The notes beneath the pieces were generated by a model. It was not told the origin of the DNA and did no database searches. It saw only the letters and a program-made list of their open reading frames with translations. 64,000 bases of DNA from the NCBI GenBank assembly GCA_938034445.1, contig CALHLD010000026.1, positions 562 through 64,561 of the forward strand. The letters run 5' to 3'. Of the stretch, positions 18,567-28,911 are shown in pieces (position 1 is the first letter of the stretch; every line of letters begins with the position of its first letter). Origin of the DNA: an uncultured archaeon. GTDB lineage: Archaea > Thermoproteota > Nitrososphaeria > JACIWG01. The translations under genes and the position numbers were made by a program.

Positions 18567-20327
18567 CTATTTTCGTTTCCTAAGTAATAGTCCCACTATA
18601 GCTACGGCAACAACTACTATAGCTAAAGCCAAAATTGTTGGAGTATAATCTGGCTGAGTAGGTTGTGTTGTTGTCACCGTAGTTATGACTGTTGTAGTTG
18701 GTACTGTAGTCGTGACGACTGTAGTGGTTGTTGGAGGCGGTGAAGTTATAGTTTCTTCATAAATGTATGTATTAACTAGAGCGTCCCAGAACACGTATCT
18801 TCCAACAGGAATGTCGGTGCCCTTTATGTTTCTCGACTTCACGTTCAAGAAAACTACATTGTACAATGGTATTTCTGGAAGTTCACTTGTCAATATCTCC
18901 TCAAGTTTCTGTAGAAGCTCTGTTTGTTTTGTTGGGGAAGGTTCTCTCATCCATGAATCAAGTAATTGGTCGACTTGTGGATTACGGTATAGCATTGTGT
19001 TAGAAAATGCTACACCCGGCTGTATCCATGATGAATGGAAGAGCTGGTATGACCACATTGGTTCAACCCAACGTTTTACTAGAACAAAATCGTACTGATA
19101 TTTTGTCTCCAAGTCTAACATTGTTCCAAAGTCCACTCTCTTTAACACAACTTCTATTCCAACTTTGGAAAGTTGGTCTTTGATTAGGTCTGCTACAGCT
19201 GCCTCTTCAGCTTCACCTGTTCTTGTTAATAATTCTATTTTGAATCTTTTACCATCTGCACCTTTAGTGTATCCTGCCTTGTCGAGAAGTTCGTTTGCCT
19301 TTTCAAGGCTGTAATCGTATTTTGCAAGATTCGGAGATTCTGGAATAGTTGCTGGGAGTATCCGGTATGTTGGTGTACATAATCCTAATGTTGCCTTTTG
19401 AACTATATCTTTTCTATCTAACGCGTAGGATATGGCTCTTCTCACATCAGGATTGCCTAATATGGTGTGGTTTGTGTTAATCTGTAGTGTCATCTTGTAA
19501 GGTGGTCTCTGGTGCGCTATCACTTCAAGATTCGGGTTTGTGCCAAGTTTTGCTGCTGCCTCATACGGTAAACCTCTGAACACATAGTTTACTTCTCCTG
19601 TTTCGAGTGCTGAAACCATTGTCATTGGATCAGTTATAAATCTGATGATCAGCTTTTCAAGGTATGGTTTACCTTTGTCCCAATAGTTGGGGTTTCTTTC
19701 TAAAAGTATGTGGCTTCCCTTTACCCATTCCTTAAATACAAACGGCCCTGTACCAATAGGCTTCGTTCTGAACTCGCTTTTTTCGAAATCTTGTCCTTCT
19801 AGTATATGTTTTGGAACTATTGCTGTATCAACTGAAGCTAATAGAGTTAACTGTACGGCTGGAAGTAGCTGTTCGACTTTTAATTTGACGGCTGTCTCAT
19901 TTAATATTTCCACTTTAGCGTTCTTAAAGTATGCTGCACCGAATATATCGTACTTTGAGATTATTTTTTCGAAAGAGAATTTCACATCCTCTGGTCCAAA
20001 GGGTTTTCCATCATGCCATGTAACCCCCTTACGTAAGTTGAAGACATACGCGTTTTCGTTTTCTAAAATTTTCCACGATTCTGCAAGGCTTGGTATAATT
20101 TTTAGGTTTGTATCTGTATTTAATAGTGAGTCAAATATTTGTGCAGCCACAAAGGATGCATGCCATGCTCCGGTTGTTGGGTCAATGACCTTTGGTTCCG
20201 CGACCAGTCCGATAACAATTTGTCCTCCAACCTTAGGCTTTGTTAGTGCTTGTGAAGCTATTGATGTAATTAGTATCAGTAGTAGGGTTGCTAAAGCTAT
20301 TTTCCAATATTGTTTTTTCCTTTGCAT
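18567..20327 (-). CDS. ABC transporter substrate-binding protein, family 5 (peptide/opine/nickel), with C-terminal Thr-rich linker and TM anchor
   Basis: 586 aa. SBP_bac_5 architecture. C-terminal TSPPPTTTTVVTTTVPTTTVITTVTTTQPT then hydrophobic ILALAIVVVAVAIVGLLL and RKRK. Confidence 0.85.
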   Translation of the reverse strand: MQRKKQYWKIALATLLLILITSIASQALTKPKVGGQIVIGLVAEPKVIDPTTGAWHASFVAAQIFDSLLNTDTNLKIIPSLAESWKILENENAYVFNLRKGVTWHDGKPFGPEDVKFSFEKIISKYDIFGAAYFKNAKVEILNETAVKLKVEQLLPAVQLTLLASVDTAIVPKHILEGQDFEKSEFRTKPIGTGPFVFKEWVKGSHILLERNPNYWDKGKPYLEKLIIRFITDPMTMVSALETGEVNYVFRGLPYEAAAKLGTNPNLEVIAHQRPPYKMTLQINTNHTILGNPDVRRAISYALDRKDIVQKATLGLCTPTYRILPATIPESPNLAKYDYSLEKANELLDKAGYTKGADGKRFKIELLTRTGEAEEAAVADLIKDQLSKVGIEVVLKRVDFGTMLDLETKYQYDFVLVKRWVEPMWSYQLFHSSWIQPGVAFSNTMLYRNPQVDQLLDSWMREPSPTKQTELLQKLEEILTSELPEIPLYNVVFLNVKSRNIKGTDIPVGRYVFWDALVNTYIYEETITSPPPTTTTVVTTTVPTTTVITTVTTTQPTQPDYTPTILALAIVVVAVAIVGLLLRKRK

Positions 20328-20446
20328 CTTCGAAACTGAAGGAGCTACATTATTTAAACTTTACTATAACTTCAATGTGATAAATCAAATTTGGAATAAA
20401 ATCTCTTACAAAATATAATATATTGAAAAATATTTTATTAAAAATT

Positions 20447-21469
20447 TTAAAATATAAGTTCGAAATGCGAATCCTTTTCTCTTAAATAAGCTTTGTTAGC
20501 TAAAGCTAAATATTTAAAATACTGTGTCTCCACTCTTTCTCTAATATTATCTAAGGCTTCAACTATATTGTTTTTCTGTTCAACAAAGTAAATATCTACA
20601 CTCCTATTATCCAATTTTACAGCTATAACTAGTCCTAGATTTTCCATTTCATGCATTAGTGGATAGAATACAAAGTTTCCAAGACTATAGAAGACCAATT
20701 TACCATTACATGATTCTATTGGCTGTATCGCATGAGGGTGTCCACCAACTATCATATCTCCTCCAAAGTCTATGATATTTTTAGCAAGTTCCTTAACATA
20801 TTCGAGGACAACTTTATTGTATGGTGCTAATCCAACACCCCAATGTGGGTGTATAATCAAATAGTCTAATTTTCTTTTATTGTTGTATATAATGTTTTTA
20901 AGGTATTCCATATCCTCTTTTAATATTTCCCCTTTGACAATATATGGTGGTGCAGGCTCTTCTAAAACTTCTCTTGGATCAAGGTTGATTCTTGTTACCA
21001 CTCTTAGGCCTGCAACCCCCGGCTTATCTCCTCTGCTTAATGCTTCTGGAGCATATGTTGTGGTCAGGCCTATTATTCCAATCTTTTTTTCATCAAAATC
21101 TAATGTGCAAGGTGAAAATGCTTCCCCTATCGTTTTCCCATAACCATAATTCATTATTTTTTCTTTTGCAAGGATTTCCCTGGTATAGTCTGCTGCCTTT
21201 TCTCCATAATCCATTATATGGTTATTTGCTAATGAGACTGCTTTAATGTTCATTTTTTTAAGAAAGTCAACTATCTCAGGTTTCGTTTTTAGTGCTGAAT
21301 ATTTGTTCATTGGTTTTAACTCTTTATCTACGACTATTGGTGTTTCAAGGTTTGCTATAACATATTTGCTGTGACTAAAAATTTTTTCTAACTTTTCTCC
21401 AATAAATAAATTTGAGGGATCATCCGCATATATGTCCCCACAGAAGCATAGATCGTACTCTTCTATCAT
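20447..21469 (-). CDS. CapA/PgsA-family metallophosphoesterase-like protein (poly-gamma-glutamate-associated family)
   Basis: 340 aa. CFCGDIYADDP, LANNHIMDYG and HPHWGVG match PGA_cap family motifs. Confidence 0.65.
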   Translation of the reverse strand: MIEEYDLCFCGDIYADDPSNLFIGEKLEKIFSHSKYVIANLETPIVVDKELKPMNKYSALKTKPEIVDFLKKMNIKAVSLANNHIMDYGEKAADYTREILAKEKIMNYGYGKTIGEAFSPCTLDFDEKKIGIIGLTTTYAPEALSRGDKPGVAGLRVVTRINLDPREVLEEPAPPYIVKGEILKEDMEYLKNIIYNNKRKLDYLIIHPHWGVGLAPYNKVVLEYVKELAKNIIDFGGDMIVGGHPHAIQPIESCNGKLVFYSLGNFVFYPLMHEMENLGLVIAVKLDNRSVDIYFVEQKNNIVEALDNIRERVETQYFKYLALANKAYLREKDSHFELIF

Positions 21470-22677
21470 TTAAACCAAGTCTGTTTAATTACACGAAATG
21501 CATTCTCTCCGACAACTTTTGCAATCTCTTGGTCAGAATATCCATGCTTTACGAGCCATCTTACTATGTTGGGGTATTCGGATGGATTTTCTAGACCATC
21601 TACAAATGGCACTTCCTGAAATTCTGGAAGGTTATCTCTAAACGCTGAGGTTATAGAAAGTTCTTTTGCAAATGTGTGGTGTAATGCTACATGGTCTCCG
21701 AATAGTGTGTCTGGGCCGAATGCTACATGGTTTATTCCAACCAGTTTCACAATATATTCAAAATGTTCCATTACACTTTCAATTGAGTGTCTTCTATTGT
21801 TGTAGGTTAAGGTTGTATGTGGTGCGGCTTCGACACCTATTACGCCACCTTTTTCTGCCAATGATTGTATCACATTATCTGGCTTCATTCTTCTTGAAGG
21901 CCATAGTGCTCTCGCTCCTGCATGTGTTATAAAGACAGGCTTTTTGCTTGCTTCAATCACATCTAAAGATGCTTTATCACTTGAATGTGATATGTCAATG
22001 GCTATTCCAAGCTTATTCATTCTTTCAACTAAGTTGTACCCCTGGTCTGATAATCCTCCATCATGTTTGTTGGCTATACCGGAAGCAAATTCATTGCCTT
22101 CACTGTATGTGATGCCCATCACCCTGACACCGAACCCGTACAAGACGTCAACCTTATCAAGTTCTGTCCCTATGTGTGGTGTTGACTCTAAGTGTATAAC
22201 TATGGCTGTTTTTCCTTCCTCATGTGCTTTAGGTATGTCATCCACTCTTTTTGCTATAAATGCTAGATCTTGGTGGTCAACGTCTGATATAAACATTCCA
22301 ATCTGGTGTACAACATTTTCCCATGCCCAAGCATCTGGTGATTTAGCCAAAGCTACACCATCACTTAATGCTGCAAATATTACATCGAGGCCAGATGCAG
22401 CAATACCCTCGTATCCTGTAAATAATCGCCCCCTTCTCAGATATTCAACTGTTTCAGAAGGGTCTTCTGGGAAGACTTCAAGATGGTCATGTGTTGAGAT
22501 GGTTAAATATTTTTCAAATATTTCTTGGACCCTTTCCTCCTCCGTTTTAGATAAGGGTATGATTGTTGAGTTTACTCTCCCAACCTGTTTCGCGAGTTTG
22601 AATTCTCTGTAATCTTTTCCAGCTTCGAGATAACTGAACGACTGGTATCCATCATACTTTTTTCTTTTTGATGTCAT
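21466..22677 (-). CDS. M19-family membrane dipeptidase (renal dipeptidase-like)
   Basis: 403 aa. TISTHDHLEVFPEDP, GIDISHSSDKA and the HxD metal ligands fit Peptidase_M19. Confidence 0.8.
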   Translation of the reverse strand: MTSKRKKYDGYQSFSYLEAGKDYREFKLAKQVGRVNSTIIPLSKTEEERVQEIFEKYLTISTHDHLEVFPEDPSETVEYLRRGRLFTGYEGIAASGLDVIFAALSDGVALAKSPDAWAWENVVHQIGMFISDVDHQDLAFIAKRVDDIPKAHEEGKTAIVIHLESTPHIGTELDKVDVLYGFGVRVMGITYSEGNEFASGIANKHDGGLSDQGYNLVERMNKLGIAIDISHSSDKASLDVIEASKKPVFITHAGARALWPSRRMKPDNVIQSLAEKGGVIGVEAAPHTTLTYNNRRHSIESVMEHFEYIVKLVGINHVAFGPDTLFGDHVALHHTFAKELSITSAFRDNLPEFQEVPFVDGLENPSEYPNIVRWLVKHGYSDQEIAKVVGENAFRVIKQTWFK

Positions 22678-22729
22678 TGCGCCCCTTTACATTTAGACAG
22701 TTTATAAATCTTAATTACATGCTTGAAGA

Positions 22730-23719
22730 CTATTTTCTGTTAAAAAGATGGCATAAAACATAATGTTCCGAACCGATTTCAATCCTATCCGGTTCTATCT
22801 TGTCACATAAGTCAAACCTATATTGACATCTTGGATGGAATCTACATCCCTTTGGAGGATTTACTGGAGAAGGTGGTTCACCTTCAAGTGTGGGTAATGT
22901 CTTTGTTTTAGCGCTTTTTGGGTCTGGTGGTGGAATAGACTCGAGTAGGCCTAAGGTGTATGGGTGTTTTGGTTCATTAAATATTCTTTCAGCCGGCCCC
23001 TCTTCTACAACCTTACCTGCGTACATCACACTTATCTTGTCAGCTATACTTTTTAGTAAAGGAAGTTCATGACTAATTATTATGTAGGTTAAATTGTATT
23101 TTTCCTTCAAATCTATTAGTAGATTAAGTATCTGCGCCTTTATCGTAACATCTAGCGCTGCTGTTGGTTCATCTAATATTACTACCTTAGGTTTGAGTGC
23201 TAATGCTCTGGCTATGCATACTCTCTGCCTTTGTCCTCCACTCAGCTGATGGGAGTAACGGTTTAAGAATTCTTTTGGTGGTATTAGTCCTACTTCTTCC
23301 AAAAGTCTTTCTATTGTATCCATTTCTATTTTTGCATTGTGTACTTTGAAGGGTTTTTCTAAAATATCTTTAACAGTTTTTCTAGGATTTAAGGATGAAA
23401 ATGGGTCTTGAAATACTGCTTGAACATTCTTTCTAAAATCTTTCGCGTTCCCACCATTTGATAATATTTTGGTTAAGTCTTTACCTAAAAATTCTATTTT
23501 TCCTTCTGTCGGTTGTTCTAGGCCTAAAAGCATTTTTGTGACCGTCGTTTTCCCGCTTCCAGATTCCCCAACTACACAGTATGTTTCCCCCTCCTTTATC
23601 AGAAAGTTCACACCATCTACAGCTTTAATATAGGCTTTTTTGAATAACCCTGTCTTTACTAAATAATATTTTTTTAAATCTTGTATTGAAAAAATTGTTT
23701 GTCTCATAATTTCCAGCAC
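22730..23719 (-). CDS. oligopeptide/dipeptide ABC transporter ATP-binding protein (DppF/OppF-like)
   Basis: 329 aa. GESGSGKTT, LSGGQRQRV, ILDEPTAALD. C-terminal oligopeptide-transporter extension with Cys residues. Confidence 0.9.
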   Translation of the reverse strand: MLEIMRQTIFSIQDLKKYYLVKTGLFKKAYIKAVDGVNFLIKEGETYCVVGESGSGKTTVTKMLLGLEQPTEGKIEFLGKDLTKILSNGGNAKDFRKNVQAVFQDPFSSLNPRKTVKDILEKPFKVHNAKIEMDTIERLLEEVGLIPPKEFLNRYSHQLSGGQRQRVCIARALALKPKVVILDEPTAALDVTIKAQILNLLIDLKEKYNLTYIIISHELPLLKSIADKISVMYAGKVVEEGPAERIFNEPKHPYTLGLLESIPPPDPKSAKTKTLPTLEGEPPSPVNPPKGCRFHPRCQYRFDLCDKIEPDRIEIGSEHYVLCHLFNRK

Positions 23720-24681
23720 CTAACTTTCTTTAAACCATCATATTCAATGAGTGGCGGCTCCTTTTCACATTCTTGAGCACTATTTTTGCACTTGCCTAGA
23801 AAGTTGCATCTTTGTCCTACTTTCGAATTTTCTTCCTTTTCTGTCAAAGAAGCTATTTTATCTTTTAATTTTTTCACTTCTCCCTGATATATTGCTTGGG
23901 ATGATGTGATAAGCATTTTAGTATAGGGGTGTACTGGATTTGTGAATATTCCTTCTGCAGCGTCTTCTTCGACTATCTGTCCATTGTACATTACATAAAT
24001 TCTATCCGCTAAATATGATGTCAGACTTAGGTCATGAGTTATTAGAATTATGGAAAGATTATATTCTTTTCTTAAATTATTTAATAGTTTAAGAATCTGC
24101 GCCTGAATTGTGAGATCTAATGCTGTGGTAGGTTCGTCTGCGATCAATAGTTTTGGGTTTGCTGATATTGCCATGGCTATAAAAACACGTTGAGCCATTC
24201 CACCACTTAACTGGAAGGGATACATTTTAAGCACTCTTTCCGGATCTGCTATCCTCACCTTTTTCAACAACTCTATTGCTTGTGCTTGTGCCTCTTTATC
24301 AGATATTTTCGGATTGTGTGCTTTAAGTGCTTCAGAAATTTGCTCTCCCACTGAAATTATTGGATTAAGATACGATATTGGGTCCTGAAATATTACTGTC
24401 ACATCTCTTCCTCTAATTTCACTCATGAATTTTTCGTCAGCTTTTAAAATGTCTTTCCCATCGAATAAGATCTCCTTTGCAGAAATTTTTGCATATGGTG
24501 GCAATAGTCCCATGATCGCCATTGCAACTGTAGACTTGCCACTTCCCGATTCTCCAACCAGTGCAACACATTCTCCTTTTCTTACATAAAATGAAACATT
24601 TTTTACCGCGTCCACTTTATAATCTGTTAGAAGGTATTCAACATTTAACTCTTCAACTTTAAGCAAAAGATTATTTTCCAA
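23704..24681 (-). CDS. oligopeptide/dipeptide ABC transporter ATP-binding protein (DppD/OppD-like)
   Basis: 325 aa. GESGSGKST, LSGGMAQRV, IADEPTTALD. Confidence 0.9.
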   Translation of the reverse strand: MENNLLLKVEELNVEYLLTDYKVDAVKNVSFYVRKGECVALVGESGSGKSTVAMAIMGLLPPYAKISAKEILFDGKDILKADEKFMSEIRGRDVTVIFQDPISYLNPIISVGEQISEALKAHNPKISDKEAQAQAIELLKKVRIADPERVLKMYPFQLSGGMAQRVFIAMAISANPKLLIADEPTTALDLTIQAQILKLLNNLRKEYNLSIILITHDLSLTSYLADRIYVMYNGQIVEEDAAEGIFTNPVHPYTKMLITSSQAIYQGEVKKLKDKIASLTEKEENSKVGQRCNFLGKCKNSAQECEKEPPLIEYDGLKKVRCWKL

Positions 24682-24687
24682 CCACTA

Positions 24688-25506
24688 TCACCTCACACTT
24701 TTTGGGTTGAATAAATCGTTTAATCCGTCGGCCAATAAATTTACTGAAAGAACTGTAGCGGTTATGAAAAGGCTTGGAAAAAGTAATGTCCACCAACCGC
24801 CCACATAAATTGCTTGTCTTGCTATAGCTAATATTCTGCCCCAACTTGCTGTATTAGGGTCTCCTAGTCCTAGGAAGCTTAATCCTGCCTCAACTAATAT
24901 TGCGTCCGACATTTGTAGCGCTGCGGCAACAAGAACTGGTGGCATAACATTTGGTAAAATCTCATTGAACATGATGTCAAGGTTTCCAGAGCCTAAAACT
25001 TTTGCCGCTTGCACATATTCTCTCTCCTTAATAGAAAGGACTTCAGCCCTCACTATACGTGCAATTGTAGGCCATGAAAATATGCTTAGAATTAATATTA
25101 TGTTAGTTAAGGTTGGTCCAAAAATTATAACAGCAAAAATTATTAAAATGAATCTTGGAATAGAAAGGAAGAAGTCTGTTACACGCATCAAAAGTTGGTC
25201 AAGTTTTCCTCCAAAATATCCTGCTGGTAAGCCAATAAGAATAGATATTATAACAGTTAAGCCTGTTGAGACAATGCCAACAAACAGGGCTGTACGTATT
25301 CCATATAGTGTCCAAGAAAATATGTCTCTACCCAATTGATCTGTACCCATAGGAAACTGTGAAGAAGGTTCAGTAAGGCCAGGCGCATATCCTGTTCTAA
25401 GCGGCTCCTTATCTGTTAACACCCCTGCAGTAAGTCCTAAAAAGACTATAATTGAAAGTAATGTAATCGATATTGCCAATGAACGGGATCTCCTAAATAG
25501 GTTCAC
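24688..25506 (-). CDS. ABC transporter permease (DppC/OppC-like)
   Basis: 272 aa. BPD_transp_1 EAA-like motif region. Six TM segments. Confidence 0.85.
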   Translation of the reverse strand: MNLFRRSRSLAISITLLSIIVFLGLTAGVLTDKEPLRTGYAPGLTEPSSQFPMGTDQLGRDIFSWTLYGIRTALFVGIVSTGLTVIISILIGLPAGYFGGKLDQLLMRVTDFFLSIPRFILIIFAVIIFGPTLTNIILILSIFSWPTIARIVRAEVLSIKEREYVQAAKVLGSGNLDIMFNEILPNVMPPVLVAAALQMSDAILVEAGLSFLGLGDPNTASWGRILAIARQAIYVGGWWTLLFPSLFITATVLSVNLLADGLNDLFNPKSVR

Positions 25507-25510
25507 ATAA

Positions 25511-26488
25511 TCACCTCAATTTTACTCTCGGGTCCACGTAAGTGTAAATTATGTCAGTAATTATATTAGCAATGATTACAGAAATAGAAGTTAATACAAA
25601 TATACCATTTAAAAGCGGAAAATCTCTTGCTTCTATCGCCTCTATCGTTAATCTTCCAACACCAGGCCAAGAAAATATTGTTTCAGTTATAACAACCCCA
25701 CCTATTATTAACCCCAACTGGATTCCTGCAACTGTGATTATGGGCAAAAGCGCATTTTTTAATGCATGCTTAAATAGAATTCTCCTCCATTTTAATCCAC
25801 GTGCCTTTGCAGCGATAATATAGTTGGAATAAAGTGCCTCAATCATAGATGTTCTCGTAAGCTTAACATAGGTTGCCATTTGTATAAGTGCTAATGATAT
25901 TGAAGGTAGAGCTAAATGCCATAATACATCACGCACATAATTTATTGGATCGTCTGGTGAAACACCAATACTCACGTATCCACTTAATGGGAAAAGCCTG
26001 TACTGAATAACAAGAAATAATATTAAAAATTGTGCGAGGGCAAAAATGGGTATAGAATAAAAGATTAAGCTCAGAGATGATATAACATTATCTGCTACAG
26101 TATCTTTTCTTATTGCTGCAACAACACCCAATACTATGCCAAAGAATATTGCAATAAGTGCACCAGTGCCTGCTAAAAGAAGTGTTGTAGGCACTCTTTC
26201 TAAAATAACATTAAGAACAGGTCTTTTAAAAGTAAATGAGTATCCGAAATCTCCAGTAAACAATTTACCTAAGTATATCATTAGTTGCTCATGTAGAGGC
26301 TTATTTAATCCATAAATTTCTCTAATCATTTCAATATACTCTTTTGTGGCAGTCTCACCTGCCATGAGCACTGCAGGATCTCCGGGCGCAAGCTTCAATA
26401 AGATGAATGTGAATATAATTACAGCTGGAACCATTACAAGCCCAATCAGAATTCTTTTCAAAAGGTATTCTTTAGTTCCACCTGGCAT
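25511..26488 (-). CDS. ABC transporter permease (DppB/OppB-like)
   Basis: 325 aa. Six TM segments. Conserved permease loop IIAAKARGLKWRRILFKHALKNALLP. Confidence 0.85.
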   Translation of the reverse strand: MPGGTKEYLLKRILIGLVMVPAVIIFTFILLKLAPGDPAVLMAGETATKEYIEMIREIYGLNKPLHEQLMIYLGKLFTGDFGYSFTFKRPVLNVILERVPTTLLLAGTGALIAIFFGIVLGVVAAIRKDTVADNVISSLSLIFYSIPIFALAQFLILFLVIQYRLFPLSGYVSIGVSPDDPINYVRDVLWHLALPSISLALIQMATYVKLTRTSMIEALYSNYIIAAKARGLKWRRILFKHALKNALLPIITVAGIQLGLIIGGVVITETIFSWPGVGRLTIEAIEARDFPLLNGIFVLTSISVIIANIITDIIYTYVDPRVKLR

Positions 26489-26490
26489 AA

Positions 26491-27231
26491 CTAACCCAGC
26501 AGATGTTTTAATTTATTATAATCTGGCTTTGGAAAACTTCTAATACTCTGTTTAAGATTAAGAGAAAGTAACATTTCAGCCGTTTTTAAAGAAACTTTAA
26601 CAGGGTTTATTACTGGCAAATCAGTTTTATTCTTCAGAAGTTCATCAACAAGTGCATAACCCATTGACATACAGCCTAAAACTACAGCATCTCCACCTTT
26701 TTCTTTAACAGTATCGAGTATGAGTTCAGCAAGCTTCTTAGAAGCCTCCTCCCTATTTTCTATAAACTTTACAACAGGAATATTTGCCGGAACTATTGCC
26801 GTAACTTTTTCAGTAAAACCATATGAATTGATCATGTGTCTTGTAAGTATAACAGTGCTTTCTAAAGGTGAAACAACTATGAACTCGTCAGCCAACTGTG
26901 ATGCAAGATGTAATGTGGATTCAGCTGGTCCGACCACAAGTTTATTTACAAGTTCTCTAGCAGCCCGTAGTCCAGGGTCTCCAAAACATCCTATAACAAA
27001 TGCATCATATGAATTCTGTAAACTATATATTTTCGAAAGATACGAAGATGCAGCAAACGCTTCTTCTACACAATTTTCTATTGTAAGCGGCCCACTATCA
27101 ACACAAACTATATCAACAGTTGAATTTTCAACAATTTTGTTTGCTATATTCTTTCTTCTTTCAGCCTCTTCAGATGATAGTCCTATCCCAGGAATCACAT
27201 ACCCAATTCGATATTTCCTTGATACAGCCAT
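26491..27231 (-). CDS. Asp/Glu/hydantoin racemase-family protein
   Basis: 246 aa. Two-domain pattern with IGCFGDPGL and VVLGCMSMG Cys-containing motifs, typical of Asp_Glu_race. Last gene of the peptide-transport operon. Confidence 0.65.
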   Translation of the reverse strand: MAVSRKYRIGYVIPGIGLSSEEAERRKNIANKIVENSTVDIVCVDSGPLTIENCVEEAFAASSYLSKIYSLQNSYDAFVIGCFGDPGLRAARELVNKLVVGPAESTLHLASQLADEFIVVSPLESTVILTRHMINSYGFTEKVTAIVPANIPVVKFIENREEASKKLAELILDTVKEKGGDAVVLGCMSMGYALVDELLKNKTDLPVINPVKVSLKTAEMLLSLNLKQSIRSFPKPDYNKLKHLLG

Positions 27232-27331
27232 CTAGATTCCCATTCTCTCATAAAAATGGCCTATATAAATTTAAACTCAACAAAAGCATAAATTGAAAAC
27301 ATTTTTATTTATAAAAAAATTATCCTATTGT

Positions 27332-27517
27332 ATGCCAAAACCAAAAGTAGATCAAGACACATGTATTGGATGCGGAGCCTGTGTAGCAATATGTCCGGAT
27401 GTATTCGAGTTAGGCGATGACGGTAAGTCACATGTGAAAAATCCTGACGCATGTGATAAGTGTGACTGTCAAGCTGCAGCTGACGGTTGCCCAGTAGGTG
27501 CAATAACATTAGAGTGA
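27332..27517 (+). CDS. small [4Fe-4S]/[3Fe-4S] ferredoxin
   Basis: Probable start MPKPKVDQDTCIGCGACVAICPDVFELGDDGKSHV...CDCQAAADGCPVGAI, a Pyrococcus-Fd-like Cys pattern. The longer ORF beginning at 27293 is probably an over-extension. Confidence 0.8.
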   Translation: MPKPKVDQDTCIGCGACVAICPDVFELGDDGKSHVKNPDACDKCDCQAAADGCPVGAITLE

Positions 27518-27551
27518 TACACAAACAAAAAATTATTACTCCTACCCCCTT

Positions 27552-27827
27552 TTATTTATTCACATTTTCTTGAACTAAAACCTTGGAACTCTGACGAGAT
27601 ATTTCAGAAACTACAGCTATTATGTCACTATCCTTAATCTGCTCCATTCTTGGAATATATTTGTCAATTAAATCGTTCTTCTTTTTAGTAGCAACCATAG
27701 GTTTCAGTAGTAAGCCTTCCTCCAATGGAATAATTTCTAACATTGTCCCATTCCATAACCTATATCTTCTTATAAAAGGTACAGGAATGTTCACATACCC
27801 ATTTCTAATTTTGGTCATTATGGGCAT
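27552..27827 (-). CDS. AbrB/SpoVT-type swapped-hairpin DNA-binding protein (antitoxin-like)
   Basis: 91 aa. NGYVNIPVPFIRRYRLWNGTMLEIIPLEEGLLLKP resembles the AbrB/MazE fold pattern. Confidence 0.45.
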   Translation of the reverse strand: MPIMTKIRNGYVNIPVPFIRRYRLWNGTMLEIIPLEEGLLLKPMVATKKKNDLIDKYIPRMEQIKDSDIIAVVSEISRQSSKVLVQENVNK

Positions 27828-27996
27828 GCATTATCAACATTTTTCTATCTTTCCTATATTTAAAAGGGAATAGATAAAAAATTTTTATCAAAAAGGATTT
27901 AAAATTTAGATAAAGTAAAAGTTTATAAAATTTATAATAAAATCTAATAATTAAATATTTTTTAAATTAATTTCATTGTTTTTATTAAAAAAATCA

Positions 27997-28851
27997 TTAA
28001 CTTATAGCTTTCTTGACAGCTGCACTAAAGCTTTCAATATCCTTCCAACCTTCTTCAGCAATCAAGTTGTTAAGTCTCTCCTCATCTATTGGTCGGCCAA
28101 ACTCTTTCTCTAGTTTTCTTCTTAATTCTAATGACTGTGAAAGTTGGACAAGGAATATGTAAAGTTCCATATCAAGCAGTAACGCCTCCTTATAATATAA
28201 TATCAGGACCGCCTTAGCTAACTCTTTGTCCTTAAAACCAAGTAATGCATCAGAAAGCAAGCTTTCAAGCACCTTCTTCTGACTTTCCAAATACTCGTTA
28301 AATATTTGATTTATTTGTTCTGCAAATTTATAATTTTTCAACATATAACCAATTATTTGTTCCAATTGAATATTAAATATTGTCTGATAAAGTACAGCAA
28401 TATGCTTAGAATATTGATAATTCTCTAAGCAAAAATTTAGTGTAAAAAGAAAATCATGCCAAATGGTTTTTAAAATATTCTCTAATATATTTCGTGGATT
28501 ATCCTTTTCGATTATAGCAAATAATCCAGCTGACCTATTCTTTTTATCGAAAAAGCTTTTGAAAATAATGTATATGTCGCCATCAGAAATTGTACTTAAG
28601 TCTATTGCACGGTTTATCTCATAATATGTTGCCGGAGGATATGTTGAAGGATCAACTTTCCTTTTAACTAAATTTTTGTCCATTAAACTTTTTAAACGGT
28701 CACTTAAGGTTCTGGAACTTAGTCCACTTTTTTGTCTCAATTCCTTCCATCTTACTCTTTGCTGCTTACTTAGTATATCTAAAATTATGCTTTCCGTCGC
28801 AATTTTTTGCAGTTTCTGCACTTTAGTGCTCATTGAACTTAGTTTATGCAA
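27997..28851 (-). CDS. winged-HTH protein with uncharacterised all-helical C-terminal domain
   Basis: 284 aa. ILDILSKQQRVRWKELRQKSGLSSRTLSDRLKSLMDKNLVKRKV is wHTH-like. The remaining ~200 aa match no family I recognise. Confidence 0.5.
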   Translation of the reverse strand: MHKLSSMSTKVQKLQKIATESIILDILSKQQRVRWKELRQKSGLSSRTLSDRLKSLMDKNLVKRKVDPSTYPPATYYEINRAIDLSTISDGDIYIIFKSFFDKKNRSAGLFAIIEKDNPRNILENILKTIWHDFLFTLNFCLENYQYSKHIAVLYQTIFNIQLEQIIGYMLKNYKFAEQINQIFNEYLESQKKVLESLLSDALLGFKDKELAKAVLILYYKEALLLDMELYIFLVQLSQSLELRRKLEKEFGRPIDEERLNNLIAEEGWKDIESFSAAVKKAIS

Positions 28852-28911
28852 AAGCCATTTTAAATTTTTCTAATTAATATGAATTTAACTTAAATTAAGT
28901 TTAACCAAAAC

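Noticed and set aside
26720-27235. 171-aa plus-strand ORF (and many similar 60-130 aa ORFs listed in the track inside larger genes)
   Set aside because: Antisense shadow ORFs inside well-supported genes (here the racemase), with Ser/Thr/Ala-rich compositions typical of non-coding frames in AT-rich genomes. The same applies to 2118-2309, 3017-3332, 5127-5333, 12275-12722, 19687-20418, 21944-22612, 54104-54712 and others.
27293-27331. N-terminal 13 codons of the ferredoxin ORF (MKTFLFIKKLSYC)
   Set aside because: Ferredoxins of this type begin a few residues before the DQDTCIGC motif. The internal Met at 27332 is the more plausible start.
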